The notes under the pieces: generated by a model
Databases searched by the model: none
Seen by the model: only the letters and a program-made list of their open reading frames with translations
What the model was told of the DNA's origin: nothing
Assembly (NCBI GenBank): GCA_017514235.1
Contig: JAFWKK010000001.1
Coordinates: 10,770-74,769 of the forward strand
Direction of reading: 5' to 3'
Source of the DNA: Kiritimatiellia bacterium
GTDB taxonomy: Bacteria > Verrucomicrobiota > Kiritimatiellia > RFP12 > UBA1067
DNA length: 64,000 nucleotides
Program-made: the position numbers and the translations under genes
Shown here: positions 1-9,399 of the stretch, in pieces
Layout of the letters: each line of letters opens with the position of its first letter
Position numbering within the stretch: position 1 is the first letter of the stretch

Positions 1-2
1 GT

Positions 3-1448
3 TCCGTCCATGACATGGTTACGCTCTTCCTTTCCGTGCGGCACCAGGGCAAGTCGATCGGCTCCGTGATCGAGGACGTGCTCGGCCGCCCCGGCAAGAT
101 GATCTTCCTCATGTTCTGCTTCGCTGCGCTGGTGCTGGTGATGTCCGTCTTCACCGGACAGGTCGCCGACGCGTTCGTGTCCCACCCGGAGGTCGCCACC
201 TCGTCGCTCCTCGGCATATTCGAGGCTGCTCTTTTCGGTGTGTGCGTATATAGGTTCCGCTGGAACGTGTTCTCTGCGAGCTTCGTGTTCGTGCCGCTCC
301 TGTTCCTGCTCGTCTGGATCGGCGTCATTTTTCCGTGCGACCTGATGTCCCTGTTCGGCGTCTCGGAGGCGACGGCGCGCAACATCTGGGTGTTCGTGCT
401 TTTCGTCTACTGCTTCGTTGCGTCCACTCTGCCGGTATGGCTGCTCCTTCAGCCGCGCGACTACCTGAACAGCTATCTTCTCTATGCGATGCTGGCGCTG
501 GGGCTCGTGGGCGTGTTCGTGACATGTCCTCACATCGGCATCGACGCTTTCGCCGGGCTGTCCGTGACGACGCCGGCGAAGGGGACTCAGTACCTGTTCC
601 CGCTCCTGTTCGTGACCGTCGCATGCGGCGCATGCTCCGGCTTCCACGCTCTCGTCGCCTCCGGCACGACGTCCAAGCAGATATCGAGTGAGGCGCATAT
701 CCGTCCGATCGGCTACGGGTGCATGCTCCTCGAGGGCGTCGTAGCCCTGCTGGCGCTCGTGTCGGTCGCGTGCCTTTCGCAGGCGGAGCTGACCAAGGGC
801 CTTGCCGAAACGCCGCCGGTAGTCCTTTTCGCGCGCGGGCTTGCGTCGTTCTGCGCGAAGCTCGGACTGCCGGCCGATACGGCAGAGAGCTTCATGCTGC
901 TTGCCGTGGCGGCGTTCCTTATGACGTCCGTCGACGCCTGCACGCGGCTCGCCAGGTTCGTCTGGCAGGAGCTGTGGTCTACGGCTTCCGCAGCGTCGCC
1001 AGCCGCCGAGAAGCCGCAGTCGCCCGTCGTCAGGCTCAACCGCAACATGTACTTCGCTACGGCAGTCGTAATTGCCATCGGCGTCTACTTGCTGGTGCTG
1101 AACCCGTCGATGGCGGCGAACCTCTGGACGATGTTCGCAAGCGCAAACCAGATGCTGGCGGCGCTCACGCTGCTGACGGCGTCGCTGTGGCTGTTCAAGA
1201 ACAGGCTGAAGTTCCTGATAGTGGCGCTGCCGATGTGCTTCATGATAATCACTTCCGGCACTGCGGTGTTCCAGCTGTTCCTGCAGAACGTCGGCAAGTG
1301 GATGGATCAGGGCTTTGCGGCAGGCGGCGTAACAGCGATCGGCGCGGGCCTGTTGTTCGTCCTGGCGGTCGTGCTGCTGGTCCTTGGCGGAATGAAGATG
1401 CGGCGTCTTCTTCGCATGCGCATCGCGCGGCACATCGCAGGGAAGTGA
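3..1448 (+). CDS. cstA: Carbon starvation protein A family peptide/pyruvate transporter, 5'-truncated by the window edge
   Basis: Open frame from position 3 (SVHDMVTLFLSVRHQGKSIG); CstA motifs LPVWLLLQPRDYLNSY, FVTVACGACSGFHALVASGTTSKQ, IGYGCMLLEG, LWTMFASANQMLAAL; many TM segments. Confidence 0.9.
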   Translation, partial: SVHDMVTLFLSVRHQGKSIGSVIEDVLGRPGKMIFLMFCFAALVLVMSVFTGQVADAFVSHPEVATSSLLGIFEAALFGVCVYRFRWNVFSASFVFVPLLFLLVWIGVIFPCDLMSLFGVSEATARNIWVFVLFVYCFVASTLPVWLLLQPRDYLNSYLLYAMLALGLVGVFVTCPHIGIDAFAGLSVTTPAKGTQYLFPLLFVTVACGACSGFHALVASGTTSKQISSEAHIRPIGYGCMLLEGVVALLALVSVACLSQAELTKGLAETPPVVLFARGLASFCAKLGLPADTAESFMLLAVAAFLMTSVDACTRLARFVWQELWSTASAASPAAEKPQSPVVRLNRNMYFATAVVIAIGVYLLVLNPSMAANLWTMFASANQMLAALTLLTASLWLFKNRLKFLIVALPMCFMIITSGTAVFQLFLQNVGKWMDQGFAAGGVTAIGAGLLFVLAVVLLVLGGMKMRRLLRMRIARHIAGK

Positions 1449-1457
1449 CGGGCCGCC

Positions 1458-2777
1458 GTGAAATGGCTTGCCTACAATCTTCTCTTCGCGGCGGTCTATC
1501 CGTTCCTACTGCCAGGCTTTCTCGTGCGCATGTTTCGCCGCGGAGGCTACGCCAGGCGCTTTGGCGACAGGTTCGCGCTGTATCCCTCAGGACTGTTCGG
1601 CGCGGACCGTCCGCTCTTTGATTCGCACGGCCCGTACCGTCCGGGGCCGGAGGGGTTCGTGTGGATACACGCCGTCAGCGTAGGCGAGGTGCAGGTGGCC
1701 GGACAGCTGATGCGCGAATGGCGTGCCGCCGAGCCGGAAGTGCGCTTCTGTTTCTCCACTACGTCGTCCACCGGCTGGACGACGGCATCGCGCGAAGTGT
1801 CAGAGCGCGACATGCTCGTCTACAATCCGCTCGATTTCCCGTCGTTTGTGAAAAGCGCGCTGCGCACCGTCCGGCCTCGTGCAATCGTGCTGACCGAAAG
1901 CGAGATATGGCCGAACTTCATACGGACGGCCCGACGTTTCGGAATCCCGCTTTTTCTCGTCAACGCGCGCGTTAGCGACAGGAGTGCGCCGCGCTATCGC
2001 CTGGCGCGGTGGTGGTTCGGTGACGTGTTCCGGTGTTTCGCGAAAATTTTCGCGCAGAGCGATCTCGACCGTGACCGCCTTGTAGCCGCCGGCGCCCCGG
2101 GTGACCGCATCGAAGTCACCGGCAGCTTCAAGTTCGACGCGGCGCGCCGCAACGAGGCCAAGGAGGCTGAGATGCGCACGTGGCTTGGCGACGGCAGGGT
2201 TTTGCTTGGAGGGTCTACGTGGCCCGGCGAAGACGAGGCGCTGCTTGCCGCCTATGCGGCGGTGCTTCCGCGGTTCCCCGGCCTGCGGCTCGTGATTGCG
2301 CCGCGTCATTTCGAGAAGGCGGACGCCGTGGAGGAGAATATCCGTCGCGCCGGGTTCGAGTGCGCGCGGCGCAGTCGCGGCGACGCGCCCGGCCCCGGTG
2401 CGGTCTGCCTAGCGGACACGACGGGCGAGCTGATGGGGCTTTACGGTGTCGCCGACGTGGTGTTCGTGGGCAAGTCGCTCTGTGCGCACGGGGCGCAAAA
2501 CATGATAGAGCCGTGCCTTTGCGGCAAGCCGACCGTCGTGGGGCCGTACACGGAGAATTTCCGTCCGGTGATGAGCGATCTTCGGTCTGCGGACGCCATA
2601 GCGGAAGTGAGGGACGCGGCGGAGCTGACGGGCAAGGTTGCGGAGCTGCTGGCGGACGACGGCGGACTCGGCGCACGGGCTGCCGCTGCGGTGGCACGTC
2701 GCCGAGGCGTGGTCGCGGCATGTGTTGGTTCCATGATGAAAACGCTTGAAAAGGGGAGATCAACTGATGAAGCTTGA
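1458..2777 (+). CDS. waaA: 3-deoxy-D-manno-octulosonic acid (Kdo) transferase
   Basis: WIHAVSVGEV, PLDFP, LTESEIWPN, LVNARVSDRS, IAPRHFE, DTTGEL, GAQNMIEP motifs; N-terminal membrane anchor. Confidence 0.93.
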   Translation: MKWLAYNLLFAAVYPFLLPGFLVRMFRRGGYARRFGDRFALYPSGLFGADRPLFDSHGPYRPGPEGFVWIHAVSVGEVQVAGQLMREWRAAEPEVRFCFSTTSSTGWTTASREVSERDMLVYNPLDFPSFVKSALRTVRPRAIVLTESEIWPNFIRTARRFGIPLFLVNARVSDRSAPRYRLARWWFGDVFRCFAKIFAQSDLDRDRLVAAGAPGDRIEVTGSFKFDAARRNEAKEAEMRTWLGDGRVLLGGSTWPGEDEALLAAYAAVLPRFPGLRLVIAPRHFEKADAVEENIRRAGFECARRSRGDAPGPGAVCLADTTGELMGLYGVADVVFVGKSLCAHGAQNMIEPCLCGKPTVVGPYTENFRPVMSDLRSADAIAEVRDAAELTGKVAELLADDGGLGARAAAAVARRRGVVAACVGSMMKTLEKGRSTDEA

Positions 2778-3912
2778 CAGGCGCAGTTTTGTGGAAAACG
2801 TTGGGACGATGGCAGGCGTTGCATGCGTTCCAGGGTGCTTCCGCCCGCGAGACTGGTATTCGGTCGCTGTCCTTGGAGACACTCATTACGACGCCGAACC
2901 TGAAAGCGTGTACCATTCCCACTACGACGAGTCGAACAAGTGGGCCAAGGTGCAGCACGAGGAGTTCCGGCGCAACGGTGAGATGTGGCGAACGCGGTGC
3001 CCGAGGCTTCTCGCCGCAAGTGCGGAGGCGGCTCGCGCATGCGGTGCGCGCTTCGTGCTGCAGCTCGGCGACATAATACAGGGCGACTGCGACGATGTTC
3101 CGACGCACCGGAAGATGCTTGATGACTGCATACGGCTTCTGCGTGCGCCGTACCCGAATGGGCTTCCGTTCCTCACCGTGATTGGCAACCATGATTTCCG
3201 CGGCAAGGGAGCGAGGCCGGCCTATCTTGATTTCATCGAGCCGTTCATGTCGGCCGAGATCGCCAGGCTTACGGGAGCTGCGGATCTTGCGCCGACGAAA
3301 TACCCGGCCTTTTCGTTCCGTTTTGGAGATGACGCCTGGGTGTTTTGCGATTTCGAGACGGACAATCTTCAGCCGATAATCGACAGCATCGATTCCGCTG
3401 CAGACGCGCGGCACGTCTTTCTCGTCACGCACGGCACGTTCTCCACGCCAGATGCAAACTCGTTCCGCTGGCGGCTTGGCGGACGCAAGAAATGCGCCGC
3501 GTTGCGTCCGAAGCTCTACGAAGTCCTTTCGCGCCGCCGCGCCATAGTGCTGTCGGGCCACACCCACACGACGGCCTTCTACCGACACGAGAACAAGTTC
3601 GGCGGCTTCTGCGAGTTTACCGCCAATTCGGTGTGGGCTAAGCCGGAATATGCGACAGGCGAGGCCATAAGCGAATCCGTTGCGGACTACGGGTCAGTAT
3701 GGCTTGCGAAACACGTCGGCGACAAGCTTGCGGACTACAGGTCGGAGCTTGAGTTCTTCAAGCCCGGACTTAGGGAATATTTCTTCAGCAACGGCGCCGG
3801 TCACTACATGCTCGACGTGTCTGGCGAGGAGGTCGTGATGTCGTTCTATCCCGGAGATTCTAGGGCCCCGGCCCGCAAGTTCAATCTGTATCGCAATTCT
3901 CGGCATTCCTAA
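2767..3912 (+). CDS. Calcineurin-like metallophosphoesterase with twin-arginine signal (possible lipoprotein)
   Basis: MKLDRRSFV Tat motif; GDTHYD, LGDIIQG, IGNHD, VTH and SGHTH metal motifs. Start placed at ATG 2767. Confidence 0.8.
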   Translation: MKLDRRSFVENVGTMAGVACVPGCFRPRDWYSVAVLGDTHYDAEPESVYHSHYDESNKWAKVQHEEFRRNGEMWRTRCPRLLAASAEAARACGARFVLQLGDIIQGDCDDVPTHRKMLDDCIRLLRAPYPNGLPFLTVIGNHDFRGKGARPAYLDFIEPFMSAEIARLTGAADLAPTKYPAFSFRFGDDAWVFCDFETDNLQPIIDSIDSAADARHVFLVTHGTFSTPDANSFRWRLGGRKKCAALRPKLYEVLSRRRAIVLSGHTHTTAFYRHENKFGGFCEFTANSVWAKPEYATGEAISESVADYGSVWLAKHVGDKLADYRSELEFFKPGLREYFFSNGAGHYMLDVSGEEVVMSFYPGDSRAPARKFNLYRNSRHS

Positions 3913-3994
3913 ATCAGCGAACAGGGAAGCCAACCATAAAACTACTGAATGCTGCCAGTGCTGACCGTAAAGTAGATTCATGAGGTCTTTTCTT

Positions 3995-4807
3995 ATGGCA
4001 AGAAACATATTGGTGACAGGTTCTTCGCACGGGATTGGCGCAGGGTGCGCGATTGCGTTTGCGCGCGACGAGGGCGCTAACATCGGCATCACGTGCAACA
4101 AGAGTCCCGAGGGGGCGGAGCAGGTCGCGGCGGAGTGCGCCAAGTACGGCGTGAAGACGAAAATCTATGCCGGAGACGTGGGGAGCCACGATCACTGCAA
4201 GGCCATGGTGGAGGACTTCATCGCCACCTTCGGCAAGATCGACGTGCTCGTGAACAACGCAGGCGGCGCATTGCAGATTCCGGGCGGACCGAAGGGCGAG
4301 TTCAAGGACATGCCGATGGAGTATTGGGATTCGCAGATGGCGCTCAATCTCAATGCGGCTGCGTATTTCTCTCGCTACGCCGTAGCGGACATGATCGCGA
4401 AAAAGACCGAAGGGCGCATAGTGAACGTCTCGTCCGTCCACGGGCAGGTCACGTGGGTGCACCGCCGGATGCTTCCGTATTCCGCCGCGAAGGCGGGCCT
4501 AAACATGTTCACGAAGTCGCTCGGCGTGGAGGTCGCCAAGTACGGCATCCGCGTGAATGCGGTTGCGCCGGGTCTCATCTACACGAAGATCATGTCGCGC
4601 TATTCCGATGCGGATGTCAGGGGCTTCAATCACAAGATACCCGTGGGACGCGGCGGGACGGTCGAGGAGATCGTGCCGACGATCCAGTTCCTTGCGGACG
4701 TGGAGAAGACGCGCTTCATCGTCGGGCAAGTCATCTTCGTGGACGGCGGCCAGTCGTGCGACGGGTCGATAGAGTCGATGAATTTCCCCGTGACCTTCTC
4801 TGACTGA
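3995..4807 (+). CDS. Classical short-chain dehydrogenase/reductase (SDR)
   Basis: TGSSHGIG, NNAG, SSVH, YSAAK, IRVNAVAPG, GQVIFVDGG; GAGG upstream of ATG 3995. Confidence 0.9.
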   Translation: MARNILVTGSSHGIGAGCAIAFARDEGANIGITCNKSPEGAEQVAAECAKYGVKTKIYAGDVGSHDHCKAMVEDFIATFGKIDVLVNNAGGALQIPGGPKGEFKDMPMEYWDSQMALNLNAAAYFSRYAVADMIAKKTEGRIVNVSSVHGQVTWVHRRMLPYSAAKAGLNMFTKSLGVEVAKYGIRVNAVAPGLIYTKIMSRYSDADVRGFNHKIPVGRGGTVEEIVPTIQFLADVEKTRFIVGQVIFVDGGQSCDGSIESMNFPVTFSD

Positions 4808-4826
4808 AGTCCACGGGACAAGGGGA

Positions 4827-6533
4827 ATGAAGGATAAGTCAGCGATGAACGGATGCAATGGCGGCTGCGGCCTCAAGCTCCGCAGCAAGTGGGAGTTCGG
4901 CGAGGCGAGCGAATGCCGTCGCGGACTTCTTTGCGGAATGGGGATCTCGCCAGAAGAGCAGTCAAGGCCCCTCATAGGCGTCGTCAACTCGTGGAACGAG
5001 TACAACCCCGGCCACGTCCACCTGAAGGGACTCGCCGAGCGCGTTAAGCAGGGCATCCGCGACGCGGGCGGATATCCCGTAGAGGTGATGACTACGGCCA
5101 TCTGCGATGGCATGGTGCTGAAGGATCCGAAGTATATCGAGATTCCTTCGCGGAACTCCATCGCCGACCAGGTTGAGATCACCGTCGACGGCAACTTCTT
5201 CGACGGCATGGTGATGCTTTCCACCTGCGACTCGATCGTGCCCGGGCATCTCATGGCCGCCGCGCGCCTTGACATCCCGACCGTGATCGTCACGGGCGGC
5301 TACATGCCGCTCGGCACGTTCCGTGGCAAGGAGGTGCTGCACATCCACGCGCAGGACAAGGTCGGCACGATGCAGGACGGCAAGATCGATCCTGACGAAT
5401 ACAATGGGCTCATCGAACACTCGTGGGGAACTTGCGGCGGCTGCACTTCGATGACGACGGCGAATTCCATGTGCATGGTCGCGGAAGCGCTCGGCATGTC
5501 GCTGCCGTACAACTCAACGGTAAGCGCGGTGTCGTCCGAACTTGCCCTCATCGCCTACCGGGCTGGCGGGCGCGTGATGGACCTGTTGCGGAAGGGCATC
5601 ACGGCCCGCAAGGTCATCACGCCGGCCGCGCTACGCAACGCGATAAAGATGGACATCGCCGTCGCTGCGTCCTCGAACCTTATCCTCCACATCCCCGCCA
5701 TCGCGCACGAGGCCGGGTACGACGAGCCGTGGTGGAAGTATTTCGACGAGGCGTCGAACGACATTCCGCTCCTGTCGCATCTCGCGCCGAGCGGCCCGTA
5801 CAACCTGCACGACCTCGACCTTGCTGGCGGTCTCCCTGCCGTGATGAAGGAGCTCCTTCCGAAGATCGACGGAGACGCGCTCACTGTCACAGGCAATACG
5901 ATGGCGGAGAACGTCGAATCGGCGAAGGTCTACAACCGCGACGTCATCCACACGCTCGAAGAGCCGGTAATGAAGAAACCCGGTATCGCCGTACTGTACG
6001 GCTCGCTCGCGCCAGAGGGGGCGATCATCAAGATCGCCGCCGTGCCGGACGCGCTCATGAACAAGTTCAGCGGCCCCGCGCGCGTCTTCAACACCCTCGA
6101 CGAAGGACTGGAGGCTCTCCGCGCCGGAAAGGTCAAGCCCGGCGATGCGTGCGTCCTCCGCTTCCTCGGCCTAAAGGCCCGCTTTGGGACGACTGCGTTC
6201 ATGTTCCAGGAGGAGCTGAAGGGCAGGCCGGAGCTGTACAACTCGTGCGCAGTCATCACCGACGGACGCTTCTCCGGCGGCACGTCCGGACTCTCCGTCG
6301 GCTATGTCTCGCCTGAGGCGGCGCTCTGCGGTCCGCTTGGGCTCGTCAAGGAAGACGACACCATCGAGATCGACATCCCGAACCGCCGCATAGACCTTAT
6401 GATCGACGATACGGAGATGGCGAAACGCAAGGCGGCGTTCAGCTGGAAGTTCGACGAATCGAAGTATCCCCGTTTCCTGAACCTCTTCGTCAAGAACGTC
6501 GGCTCGATGGCGCACGGCGGGATTTGGGAATAG
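4827..6533 (+). CDS. IlvD/Edd-family Fe-S dehydratase, divergent (substrate uncertain)
   Basis: PGHVHL, AICDG, TCDSIVPG, GGCTSMTTANSM, GSLAPEGAIIK, ITDGRFSGGTSG, VSPEAA. Canonical CDK and PGMxEM motifs are altered. Confidence 0.85.
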   Translation: MKDKSAMNGCNGGCGLKLRSKWEFGEASECRRGLLCGMGISPEEQSRPLIGVVNSWNEYNPGHVHLKGLAERVKQGIRDAGGYPVEVMTTAICDGMVLKDPKYIEIPSRNSIADQVEITVDGNFFDGMVMLSTCDSIVPGHLMAAARLDIPTVIVTGGYMPLGTFRGKEVLHIHAQDKVGTMQDGKIDPDEYNGLIEHSWGTCGGCTSMTTANSMCMVAEALGMSLPYNSTVSAVSSELALIAYRAGGRVMDLLRKGITARKVITPAALRNAIKMDIAVAASSNLILHIPAIAHEAGYDEPWWKYFDEASNDIPLLSHLAPSGPYNLHDLDLAGGLPAVMKELLPKIDGDALTVTGNTMAENVESAKVYNRDVIHTLEEPVMKKPGIAVLYGSLAPEGAIIKIAAVPDALMNKFSGPARVFNTLDEGLEALRAGKVKPGDACVLRFLGLKARFGTTAFMFQEELKGRPELYNSCAVITDGRFSGGTSGLSVGYVSPEAALCGPLGLVKEDDTIEIDIPNRRIDLMIDDTEMAKRKAAFSWKFDESKYPRFLNLFVKNVGSMAHGGIWE

Positions 6534-6580
6534 CGGCTGGTGGTTAGAGGGTGGTTGTTGGTTGGTGACCGGTGGGTGGA
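6534..6580. repeat. Degenerate GT-rich heptamer tandem repeat (consensus about GGTTGGT)
   Basis: GGCTGGT GGTTAGA GGGTGGT TGTTGGT TGGTGAC CGGTGGG fills most of the intergenic gap. Confidence 0.5.
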
Positions 6581-6588
6581 GCTCTGAC

Positions 6589-7758
6589 ATGAAAGACGTG
6601 CTGGTGATCGGCGGCGGGCTTGCCGGATGGCGGGCGGCGGAAGCGGCGGTCAAGGCCGGCGCTTCCGTTGCGCTGGCCGCCAACGGAGCAGGCAACTCGC
6701 CCGACATACACGCACTCAACGTGCCGGTCCGCGATGATGACTCTGTGGAACGCTTCATGGACGACACCGTCAAGAGCGGACGCGGCGCGTGCGACCATGC
6801 GCTTGTCGAGACTCTGTGCCGCGGTTCGATCGCTCTCGCCGGCGAGTTCCCGTTCGACCGCAATCCCGACGGATCGTACAAGCTGCTCCAGCCGCTTGGC
6901 TGCAGCGTGCCGCGATGCGTTTCCATCGACCACAAGATCGGCACGTGGGCGCTTACGAAGATCAAGCGCGAGCTGGCAGGTAAAGTCGATGTGATTCAGG
7001 GTCGCGTGACAAATCTGTTCTACAGCTCCCAACCCTCAACTCTCAGCTTTCAACTTGGCGATAGAGACGCTGTTGGCGCTGCCAGAAGCGTCGTCATCGC
7101 CACAGGCGGCTGGTGCGGGAAGTACGCGTTCTCCGACAATCCGCCGGAGCTGCGCGGCGACGGCATCGACATGGCTGTCCGGCTCGGCGCTGCGACGCGC
7201 GACATGGATGCCGTGCAGTACGAGCCGACCGTTGCGCTCGCTCCTGAGAAGCTGCGCGGCATGCCCGTCATCACGACCATGCTTTACGACGGTGCGACGT
7301 TCCGCAACAGGGACGGCGAGGAGTTCCTTGCCGACAAGCACGCCAACAAGGACGAGATATCCCGCGCCATATTTGCGGAAGTCGAAGCGGGACGCGGCGT
7401 TGACGGCGGCGTCTGGCTCGACGCCACTGGTGTTCCGCATGAGATTCTCGAAACGACCTACATTGATACCGTGCGCCGCTATGCCGCAGCGGGCGTTGAC
7501 ATATCAAGCGAACCGATGCTGGTCGCGCCTGCGCCGCACACTTCGCTAGGCGGCCTTGTCATCGACACGCGTTGTCGCGTCCTTCGAGCCGACGGCTTTC
7601 CGATTCCCGGCCTTTTTGCCGCCGGAGAGGTGACCGGCGGCATCCACGGCAAGAACCGCATAGGCGGCAACGCAGGCACCGAGGTGCTCGTCTTTGGCCG
7701 AATCGCCGGCGAATCGTCGGCTGCGTACGCAAACGGAGCGAAACAATGTGCAGTATGA
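6589..7758 (+). CDS. FAD-dependent oxidoreductase, NadB/SdhA/fumarate reductase flavoprotein superfamily, short form
   Basis: DVLVIGGGLAG, VVIATGG, GDGIDMA, PAPHTSLGG, GLFAAGEVTGGIHGKNRIGGNA; 389 aa with no C-terminal helical domain. Confidence 0.8.
   Translation: MKDVLVIGGGLAGWRAAEAAVKAGASVALAANGAGNSPDIHALNVPVRDDDSVERFMDDTVKSGRGACDHALVETLCRGSIALAGEFPFDRNPDGSYKLLQPLGCSVPRCVSIDHKIGTWALTKIKRELAGKVDVIQGRVTNLFYSSQPSTLSFQLGDRDAVGAARSVVIATGGWCGKYAFSDNPPELRGDGIDMAVRLGAATRDMDAVQYEPTVALAPEKLRGMPVITTMLYDGATFRNRDGEEFLADKHANKDEISRAIFAEVEAGRGVDGGVWLDATGVPHEILETTYIDTVRRYAAAGVDISSEPMLVAPAPHTSLGGLVIDTRCRVLRADGFPIPGLFAAGEVTGGIHGKNRIGGNAGTEVLVFGRIAGESSAAYANGAKQCAV
7023..7057 (+). repeat. Heptamer tandem repeat (CARCYYH-like) inside the flavoprotein CDS
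   Basis: CAGCTCC CAACCCT CAACTCT CAGCTTT CAACTTG, encoding SSQPSTLSFQL. Confidence 0.6.
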
Positions 7759-9248
7759 GAGTGACACGGCGGAGTTTCGTCGGGGCAAGCGTGGCGTTTG
7801 CCGGTGGATGTTGCGGTAGATTGACGCAGCCACATGCGGATGTGTGTCCGTCCGCTCCACGCCTTAGGATCGGCATCCTCTCCGACATCCATGTCACTAG
7901 GCGCGAGAACGCCACGACGTTCGAGAAGGCGTTGCGATGGTTTTCTGAGCAAGGTGTTGACGGCGTTCTCATAACCGGAGACCTCGGCACGAAAGGCACG
8001 ATAGACGAAATCGAGGTTGTAGCCGAGACTTGGTACAATGTGTTTCCGAACGACAGGGACGCCAACGGTCGGCACGTGGAACGACTGTTTCTCCTCGGCA
8101 ATCACGATGTCGACGGGTTCGTCGGCAAGTCGTCGTGGCCGAAGGGGCAGATTCCTTCCCGTGAAGTTGCTGAAAAGACGTGCCTGGCGTTTCATCGCGA
8201 AAAGACATGGAAGAGGCTTTTCAACGAGGAATATCGCCAGATTGTCGTCAAGCAGGTGAAGGGGTACACTTTCGTGCTGAACAGCTGGCATTCCCGAGCG
8301 CTGAAGGAGAAGGACGGACTGGAGGATTTCTGGAAGGTTTTCGCTCCGACGATCAACCCGGACATGCCGTTCTTCTACTGCCAGCACCCTCACCCGAAGG
8401 ATACGTGCTCGGCCGGCTATCTGCTTGGCGGAGCCTTCTGGCACGGCGGCTGGGATGACGGAATCTCGACGAGGCTTCTTTCCGAGCACCGGAACTGCAT
8501 CGCGCTTTCGGGGCACTCACATTATCCGATAGACGACGAACGAGCCATCTGGCAGGGCGCTTTCACGAGCGTCAATTGTGGCTGCGCAAGAGGATTTGCG
8601 TTCACGTTCCCCGGGCGGGAGAACGGACATGCCGTATCGGACATGAAGGCTGGCACGACGTTCCAGATGCCGCCGATCGACATCAAGCGCATCAGGCAGG
8701 GAATGCTCATGGAGGTGTTCGGCGACAGCATCGTGTTCCACCGTCGCGAGTTTGTCTATGACCAGTCGCTTGGCCCGGACTGGGTGGTTCCGCTCGGGAA
8801 AGGCGCGGCGCGCCCGTATGAATTCGAACCGCGCCGCCGCGCATCGCGTCCGCCACAGTTCATCGAAGGGTCGTCCGTCGCAGTCGCGGAGCGGCCTGGC
8901 GGCAAGAACCGCAAAGGCGAGCCGTGCGAGCAGGTAGTCGTGACGGTCCCGTCAGCACGAGGAGGGCGCGTGTTCGACTACGAAGTGTCTGCCGAGGTGC
9001 GCATAGCGGACTTCACGCGCACGGTCGCGTCGAAGCGTGTATTTTCGCCAGACGCGTTTCTCGGTGCGGCCCAGGACGGCGGCAAGGTGACGTGCGTTTT
9101 CGCGAAGAGCGAGCTGCCGAAGGCACGTGACATCCGCTTCACGGTTCGCCCGTTCAACTGCTGGGGCAAGGGCGGCGAGCCAATAGCCTCGAAATGGCAG
9201 ATTCTGTCGTCGGACAAGAGGGGTCATCTGCCGGCGGCGTCTGTCTGA
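7755..9248 (+). CDS. Calcineurin-like metallophosphoesterase with twin-arginine signal and C-terminal beta-rich domain
   Basis: MRVTRRSFVG Tat motif; ATGA overlap with the upstream stop; LSDIH, ITGDL, LGNHD, QHPH, SGHSH. Confidence 0.82.
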   Translation: MRVTRRSFVGASVAFAGGCCGRLTQPHADVCPSAPRLRIGILSDIHVTRRENATTFEKALRWFSEQGVDGVLITGDLGTKGTIDEIEVVAETWYNVFPNDRDANGRHVERLFLLGNHDVDGFVGKSSWPKGQIPSREVAEKTCLAFHREKTWKRLFNEEYRQIVVKQVKGYTFVLNSWHSRALKEKDGLEDFWKVFAPTINPDMPFFYCQHPHPKDTCSAGYLLGGAFWHGGWDDGISTRLLSEHRNCIALSGHSHYPIDDERAIWQGAFTSVNCGCARGFAFTFPGRENGHAVSDMKAGTTFQMPPIDIKRIRQGMLMEVFGDSIVFHRREFVYDQSLGPDWVVPLGKGAARPYEFEPRRRASRPPQFIEGSSVAVAERPGGKNRKGEPCEQVVVTVPSARGGRVFDYEVSAEVRIADFTRTVASKRVFSPDAFLGAAQDGGKVTCVFAKSELPKARDIRFTVRPFNCWGKGGEPIASKWQILSSDKRGHLPAASV

Positions 9249-9399
9249 ACAAGATCAGGCTTGCGGTTTAGCCTGACGCCTCTGCGTGAAATAAGAATGT
9301 GCCAAAAGGTGACATGGCCGGAAACGGTTTATATGCGCTTGATCCTGCTGAGGCGGGCGCTGGCAGATTGCCCCCCCCGGTTCGGTTTTCGACACCCCC

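Noticed and set aside
3913-3994. AT-richer spacer before the SDR with short complementary segments (TCAGC/GCTGA, CTACT/AGTAG), considered as a riboswitch
   Set aside because: Stems are only about 5 bp, there is no terminator and no match to aptamer consensus sequences I know; more likely a plain promoter region.
6589-7758. Calling the flavoprotein nadB because nadA is in the window
   Set aside because: It is about 20 kb from nadA, lacks the C-terminal domain and has Glu at the QFHPT His position.
9371-9378. C8 homopolymer upstream of the S10 promoter as a phase-variation tract
   Set aside because: It lies outside the -35/-10 spacer and upstream of an essential operon.
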